The translations under genes were made by a program, and so were the position numbers. DNA of 64,000 bases from Neocallimastix sp. 'constans'. Lineage: Eukaryota. This document shows, in pieces, positions 57,276 to 64,000 of the stretch. How positions within the stretch are numbered: the stretch's first letter is position 1; each line of letters opens with the position of its first letter. The stretch is taken from the NCBI GenBank assembly GCA_050613775.1, contig JBODTK010000012.1, positions 1,302,001 to 1,366,000 of the forward strand. The letters run 5' to 3'. Under the pieces are notes generated by a model. The model saw only the letters and a list, made by a program, of their open reading frames with translations, ran no database searches and had not been told where the DNA came from.

Positions 57276-58099
57276 AAAAATTAAGCATCATTTAATACCT
57301 AAATGAAAGCTTAAAAAAAATTATGATACCTATCAACATTACATTTTACAAATTTAAATATAAAATAAAATATAATAAAGTTAATTATAATTTTAAATTG
57401 ATAAATTTAGTAAGTAAATAATAAAAATAATAAATAGTAATATTTGTTGTTGTAATTATTCAGCTATGAAATACCATATTATTATTTTTTTAACATTTTA
57501 TTACTTGATAAATAAAATATATAATTAAACTTTTATTACTTGATAAATGAAATATATAATTAAACTTCAATTATTAAAAATCTTTAACAATAATTATTGG
57601 ATAATAATAAAACGAAAAAAAGATAATAGAAAATAAAAGAGAAAATTTTTGAGATTGTTTATATAAATATTAATTATGAATATATATATATATTTTAACT
57701 GATATATAAGTAATATTTTATTAAATATATACTTTTGATATAATTTTTAATAATATAATTTATTTTAAACTATAATATTGAGCTAATGGAGATATGAATT
57801 CTTTTTAAAATACATTTATTATACATCTATAATTACTTTATTATCAAATAAAATAATATATATAATTAAAAATATAAATTTTTTGCCTTCTCTATAATTA
57901 CAAAAATATAAAAATAAAAGTTGTTAATGCATATAAGAGTATATTAATTATTTTAATTTAGTATTTTAAATGATAAAACATTTTAGATAATGTATTAAAA
58001 TTTAATTTAAAATTATTTATATATATTTTAGTTCATAATAGCTTCTTAAATATTATTTTTAAAATTTATTAAAATATATTCATTATTTTGTAAATTATA

Positions 58100-58240
58100 G
58101 GAATGCATCTCCGGGCAGTGTGTAACGACGATTGAGAGCAGTGAAGCTGTTACAGTATGCCAATAACGCCTCACCTTACAGTTTAATTAATAACTGTATG
58201 GTCATATTGGGAGATGGGTACCCATTATGTGGAAGTCTAT
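58100..58240. ncRNA. Candidate structured RNA (three-helix junction), family unknown
   Basis: GC-rich island in AT-rich background with nested complementary segments CATCTCC/GGAGATG, GGCA/TGCC, TGTAAC/GTTACA, CAATA/TATTG and TACAGTT/AACTGTA. Confidence 0.35.
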
Positions 58241-58329
58241 GTTATTTTGTAAACTATATAATTCTTTTTTATATAATTTTAAAATAAGTAATAAACCATA
58301 ATATAATTAAAAATTTTTTAATAATAAAA

Positions 58330-58370
<41 letters not shown>

Positions 58371-59410
58371 AAAAAAAAATTAAAATTAAAAAAACAATAT
58401 TTACATATAAAATTTTATGTTTTCTATTTCATATTATATAATTTTTAAAAATGAAAACTTTGAGTTTAAAAATATCATACAACATAATATCATGAAAAGA
58501 AAATTTTCTTTCGTAGCATAGTAGTTTTTATAAATAAAAAAAATTTTTTTTATATAAATTGATATTTTTTATTCCTCCAACTCTAGTAAAAATACATATA
58601 AAAAATTTTAAAACTGTTAAAATTTCCAAAAAAATTACAGTTAAAACATTATAACTCTGATGTTTTTAAATATTTTTATTAACTTTAATTTTTTTTTTTT
58701 TTGTCACCAAGATGTTTTTTTCCCTTGGAATATTTATAATATATAAACAATATAAAACATTATGTAAAGTTTTATAGTAATTAATGAATAAATTTTAAAC
58801 TTTTTTAAAATTCCAATTTAACCTTTTTTGAAATAATTAATAAATTAAGTAAAAATAAACAATAATATAATTTATTAATGAATAGAGTATAATATTTATA
58901 TACGTATTAAAATACATAATACTGCATAAATGTAACTTTCTATCATGGTGCTCTTTAATAGCTTTATATAAAATTGTATGAATTTAATAATATAACAGAA
59001 AATCTCGTGTAACATTTTTAGAAATTATTATGTTTAAAAAAAAAATTAAACAATAAATAAAAAAATTATGAATAATCCATCAATTATAAATAAAAAAAAG
59101 AAAAGAAAATTATATATACAAAAGGTAAACGGTTAAATAAAATTTTTATTGATTTATTTATATATATTTTTATTGAATTATTTATGCTGATTTTTATTGA
59201 TTTTTTTATATATAAATTTATTAAATTAAATTTGTAAAAAAAAAGAAAAAAAAATCACATTAGTAATATTTAGAATTCTTATTTAAACATAGCAACATAT
59301 TTTAAATATGAGATATAAAAGTATATATATAAATACATAAATATGATTGCAACATTAAAAGATAGTTAAAGCTTAAATGATAATAATAATATTCCTTTTT
59401 TTTTTTTTTC

Positions 59411-59914
59411 CTACAATTCTTTAATAACATGTCTTTTCTTTTTACCTCCAACTTTTTTTATATTTATTTTAATAGGCACAACATTATTGTTTTTACTTTG
59501 TTCAATATCTTCATGAATTATACTATATACAATACTACTATACTTTTTCCATTCTTTATCATTTTGTTTTTTTAATTTCTTATATTCTTCTAATTTAGTT
59601 TTATACTTTCTCAAAGCTTTCTTATACATTCTTTTATTTTTGAAATTGGATTCTTGAGGTTTTTTTGGTTTACGCATATTCAGTCTTGGTGGGGGTGTAA
59701 CTCCTCTTTTCTTTAGTTCGTCTCTTAAATGCACAGTTCTGGGGTATAAATCTACTTCTACTAATTTATATTTACTCCTAACTTCCTCAACTTCCCGATT
59801 AAGTGTATCAATCCAGTATTCCTGATATTTGTTTTTAAATATTCTTCTACAGAACTTTACAATTTTATCTTCAAAACTAAATCCTTTCATTTTTTTTTTC
59901 TTTTCTTCAGCCAA
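59411..59914 (-). CDS. Hypothetical lysine-rich protein (~160 aa); 5' end uncertain
   Basis: Complex protein-like ORF (YWIDTLNREVEEVRSKYKLVEVDLYPRTVHLRDELKKRGVTPPPR). The track start is a TTG and the first ATG is at ~59890. An upstream frame (IEFYRLFIERIEKFWLKK) could join across an A-run. Confidence 0.55.
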   Translation of the reverse strand: MAEEKKKKMKGFSFEDKIVKFCRRIFKNKYQEYWIDTLNREVEEVRSKYKLVEVDLYPRTVHLRDELKKRGVTPPPRLNMRKPKKPQESNFKNKRMYKKALRKYKTKLEEYKKLKKQNDKEWKKYSSIVYSIIHEDIEQSKNNNVVPIKINIKKVGGKKKRHVIKEL

Positions 59915-60482
59915 AATTTTTCAATTCTTTCGATAAATAAACGGTAAAATTCTATTCCTTTATTTTTAATTCATATATTTAATTTTATGAAATAATTTTT
60001 AAAAATTTATTCTATAAAGTATTCAACCCTTTTTATATAATAACCATAAAAGCTTATGTCCAATTATTTTTTATTTTATTTTATTTTATTTTTTTTTATT
60101 TTAAAATTTATTTATATATTTATAATATTATTAATCATGATCATCAGAATAAATATAAAAATAATTTTTAATTTTTTTGTTAGTATGTCCATTTTTATTA
60201 TGTAAGTAAGTCCATTTTTATTTAAAACAGGTAAGCTTAATAATAATAATAATATTAATAATAATAATAATTATTATTATTATTTATTATTAATGTATTT
60301 ATTATACTTAATAAGTAACTCCTGACAATTTTTGATCATTATTTACTATAAACTGTATTATTATAAAATTTTTATTATTAATATTTCTATTTCTATTTTT
60401 TTTTTTTTTTTTTTTTTTTTTGATTTGTTGTTATTTAAAATTTTAAATTATTTATTTATAATTTGTTATTATTTATAAATTA

Positions 60483-60578
<96 letters not shown>

Positions 60579-60596
60579 ATAATAAATAAATAATAA

Positions 60597-61488
60597 GAGT
60601 GTGTGGCATTTCGCAAAATTTCATTTCGGAAAAGTTTCATTTCGCAAAATTTTTTGTGTCATTTCGAAAAATTTCATTTCGCAAAATTTCATTTCGGAAA
60701 AGTGTCATTTCGTAAAATTTTAATAAATAAATAAATAAATAATAAAATAAATAAATAAAAAATTTATTTTTATTTAAATTAAATCAATTTTTAATTGAAA
60801 ATTAAAACTTTTAAAATAATAATCAATATAATAAAGTTTTATCAAAAACCATTTAGTTTTTTTCTTTTTATTGTTAATTATTTAATAATTATTTGTATAT
60901 TGTGTTTTACAAATAAATAACTTTTTTTTTTTTTTTATTTTATTTTTTTTACTGGATTATTTATAAATATTTCTTTTATTAAAAAAATTTATTTAGCAAT
61001 TTAAGATTTTTAAAATACTGCGCAAGGACTTAAAAGGTGTAAAATGATCAATTAATTATTTATTTAAATATTATTTTTTAATATTTTTTTTAGTAATTAT
61101 ATTTTAAATTCAACAATTATATTTTAAATTATTATCCTTTACATCTTTTAAATTATTAATACTTATTTTTTTTATATATATAAAATTCTTATATATATTT
61201 TAAAAAATTATAAAACGTTTAAAACATATAATAAAATATATATATATTTTTTTTTTAAAAAAAATTTTTAAAATTTATTTATTTATTATAGTTTTATATA
61301 TTTATTTTTATTTATTTAGTTATTTATTTAAATTACATATATTATTTATTTATTTTATTATTAATTTATTTATTTATTAAAAATTTTGCGAAATGACACT
61401 TTTCCGAAATGAAGTTTTTCGAAATGAAACTTTTTATGTAAATTTTCCGAAATGAAACTTTCCGAAATGAAATTTTTCGAAATGCTCC
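60597..61488 (+). mobile_element. Mutator-type MITE with CATTTCG subterminal repeat arrays (copy 1)
   Basis: Left end GAGTGTGTGGCATTTCG plus repeated ~14-15 bp CATTTCG units. Right end carries the inverted CGAAATG units and stops at CGAAATGCTCC, lacking the last ~6 bp. AAATAATAA on both sides (low-complexity 9-bp TSD). Confidence 0.85.
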
Positions 61489-61537
61489 AAATAATAAATT
61501 ATAACTAATTATGAATAATTTCATTTATTATTAATAT

Positions 61538-62631
61538 GAGGGAGGAGCATTTCGAAAAATTTCATTTCGGAAAGTTTCATTTTGGAAAATTTACATAAAA
61601 AGTTTCATTTCGAAAAACTTCATTTCGGAAAAGTGTCATTTCGCAAAATTTTTAATAAATAAATAAATTAATAATAAAATAAATAAATAATATATATTAT
61701 TTAAATAAATAACTAAATAAATAAAAATAAATAAATGAAACTATAATAAATTAATAAATTTTAAAATTAAATTTTTTAAAAATATATATATATATATATA
61801 TGGACATATACATAATAAATATACATTATATAATAATAAATATTCATTAGAATTAACGCTTTAAAAAAATAAAATATTTTATCATATGTTTTAAACGTTT
61901 TATAATTTTTTAAAATATATATAAGAATTTTATATATATAAAAAAAATAAGTATTAATAATTTAAAAGATGTAAAGGATAATAATTTAAAATATAACTAT
62001 TAGAATTAAAAATAATTAAAAAATAATTATTATAAAGATTAAAAAATAATATATAAATAATTAATTGATCATTTTACACCTTTTAAGTCCTTGCGCAGTA
62101 TTTTAAAAAAATCTTATATTACTAATAAATTTTTTTAATAAAAGAAATATTTATAAATAATTCAGTAATAAAAAAAAAAAAAAAAAAGATGAGGACATCA
62201 TAAAAAAGGGAATTAAAAGTAGCACAAAGTTAGGATGATTTTAGATGGTATCTATTTTTTTTATTTTATATTTTATATTTTATATTTTATATTTTTTTTT
62301 ATTTTTTTTTTTTTTTTTATATTTTGTCTTTTTTTTTATTTTATTTTATATTTTTTATTTTATATTTTTTTTATTTTTTTTTTTTTTTATTTTTTATTTT
62401 TTATTTTATATTTTATATTTTATATTTTTTTTTTATTTTATATTTTTTATTTTATATTTTTTATTTTTTATTTTATATTTTATAATTTTTTTTTATTATT
62501 TATTTATTTATTTTATTATTTATTTATCTATTTATTAAAATTTTGCGAAATGAAACTTTTCCGAAATGAAACTTTTGCGAAATGAACTTTTGCGAAAAGT
62601 CACAAAAAATTTTGCGAAATGACAAACACTC
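61538..62631 (-). mobile_element. Mutator-type MITE (copy 2), inverted relative to copy 1
   Basis: Termini GAGGGAGGAGCATTTCG and CGAAATGACAAACACTC. ATTAATAT duplicated on both sides (8 bp). The interior is the reverse complement of copy 1 (e.g. TTGATCATTTTACACCTTTTAAGTCCTTGCGCAGTA). Confidence 0.88.
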
Positions 62632-63847
62632 ATTAATATATCTTATATATATAATTAATAAGTAGTGGAAAATGATATAAAATGTAAATAAAAACTTTAA
62701 TTATTAATAAATTATTTTATTACATAAAAATAGATGCAATTTTGTGACATAAATAAAACATGATCGAAAATAACGTGATAAAATTAAAATTATGTAAAGA
62801 CATAAAATTATGCAATAGCATAAAAATTAATATAAACCTAAAATTTATAACATAAATTTTATGCTATGTTAAAATTGAAATAATTTATAAATTTCTTTTT
62901 ATTATTTTTATATTATTTTATATTGATATTTATTTTATTTCTAATAATATTATTATTTTATCAATATTTTATTTCATGCTTTCATACAAAAATAATAGCA
63001 AGAATAATTCTTTATGATTATTCTTTGAAATGTTTTATGCCAATTTATTTTATAATTTATTTTATATTTACAAATTAATAGTTTTAAATAATAAATAAAT
63101 AAAAATTTATAATTAAATAACAACTTAAATATAACCTCTCCCAACAAGAGAGTTTGAACCAAGGCATACTTTATCAAAAATTGATTAACAAAATTAAATC
63201 ATGAATCAATAAAACAATAACAATAATAATAATAATAGTAAATAATAATAATAAATAAATAATAATTAAATAAATTTATTATATATTTATTAAAGTACTT
63301 TTGCTCTAAAATAATTAAATAAATAATAAGCCTCTTTCTAAAGAGTAATAAAAAATAAGCCTTATTTTCATTTTGATTTGTTTTATTAAAAAAAAAAATT
63401 TTTAAATTTAAATTTAATTAACCCTTTAATATAATTATATTTCAAATAAGAAATATTATTAATTATTATTAATTATTATTAATTAAATATTAAAAATAAA
63501 TGAATAAATTATTAATTAATAGATAAATAATTAACATGATTTATATTAATAAATTTATAGAAAGAGAATAATTAGAAAATAATAAAAAAAAAAATTTATA
63601 ATTCTATTTATATTAATTAATTAATAATAATAATTAATAATAATAATTAATAATAAATAAACAACAATAATAATGTTATTAATATAATTATTATTAAACT
63701 TTTTTAACTATCAAAAGTGGATTACTTTTAATTTTTAAATTTAATTTATACAGCAAATGTTAGTTTATCGAGTTATTGAACACAAAACTATTTTAAGAAA
63801 CTTTTTATTTTTATTTTATTAATTTTTATTAATTTTTTATTTTATTC

Positions 63848-63887
<40 letters not shown>

Positions 63888-64000
63888 TATTATTTAATTT
63901 TTTATTATTTAATATTATAATATTATTTATTTGTATTTATGATTAACATGAAGATGTATATAGCGATTATGAAATATAATAGTTTTATTTAAATAACAAA

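Noticed and set aside
58100..58240. 5S rRNA, tRNA or SAM-I riboswitch identity for the structured island
   Set aside because: No 5S conserved motifs and no cloverleaf or T-loop. It has CATC...AGATG and TGCCAA but lacks the SAM-I GAGGGA and GCAAC core.
60597..60720. CATTTCG arrays as CRISPR repeats or iterons
   Set aside because: They are mirrored at both ends of TSD-flanked elements, so they are transposon subterminal repeats.
61018..61028. CTGCGCAAGGA match to U6 snRNA (and its reverse complement near 62088-62098)
   Set aside because: Only 11 nt, with no ACAGAGA box or other U6 sequence; it is internal MITE sequence.

Overview
Extremely AT-rich eukaryotic DNA with GT-AG introns and long poly(A/T), (TA)n, (AAT)n and (AAAT)n tracts. 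The gene content (CE6 esterase with CBM1, intronless ankyrin families, scaffoldin-like remnant) suggests an anaerobic gut fungus (Neocallimastigomycota); this is an inference. Intact genes: an intronless CE6 acetylxylan esterase-CBM1, a 15-exon M18 aspartyl aminopeptidase, an 11-exon Cdc3-type septin, Cut8/Sts1, two large intronless ankyrin-repeat proteins, an Asn-rich orphan and a Q/P/S/T-rich protein with a bacterial LiaF-C/DUF2154-like domain. Mobile DNA: the 3' end of an apparently intact Ty1/copia element with PPT and 3' LTR, decayed Ty3/gypsy, LINE, copia and Mutator transposase remnants, three Mutator-type MITEs with CATTTCG subterminal repeats and 8-9 bp TSDs (two form a ~2 kb inverted pair), and a family of GC-richer non-coding elements inserted in (TA)n. 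Best leads for novelty: the (TA)n-associated elements, one with degenerate ribozyme-like folds; an isolated ~110-nt three-helix RNA-like island at 58.1 kb; and the LiaF-like/PY-motif protein. All calls are by eye; no searches were run.
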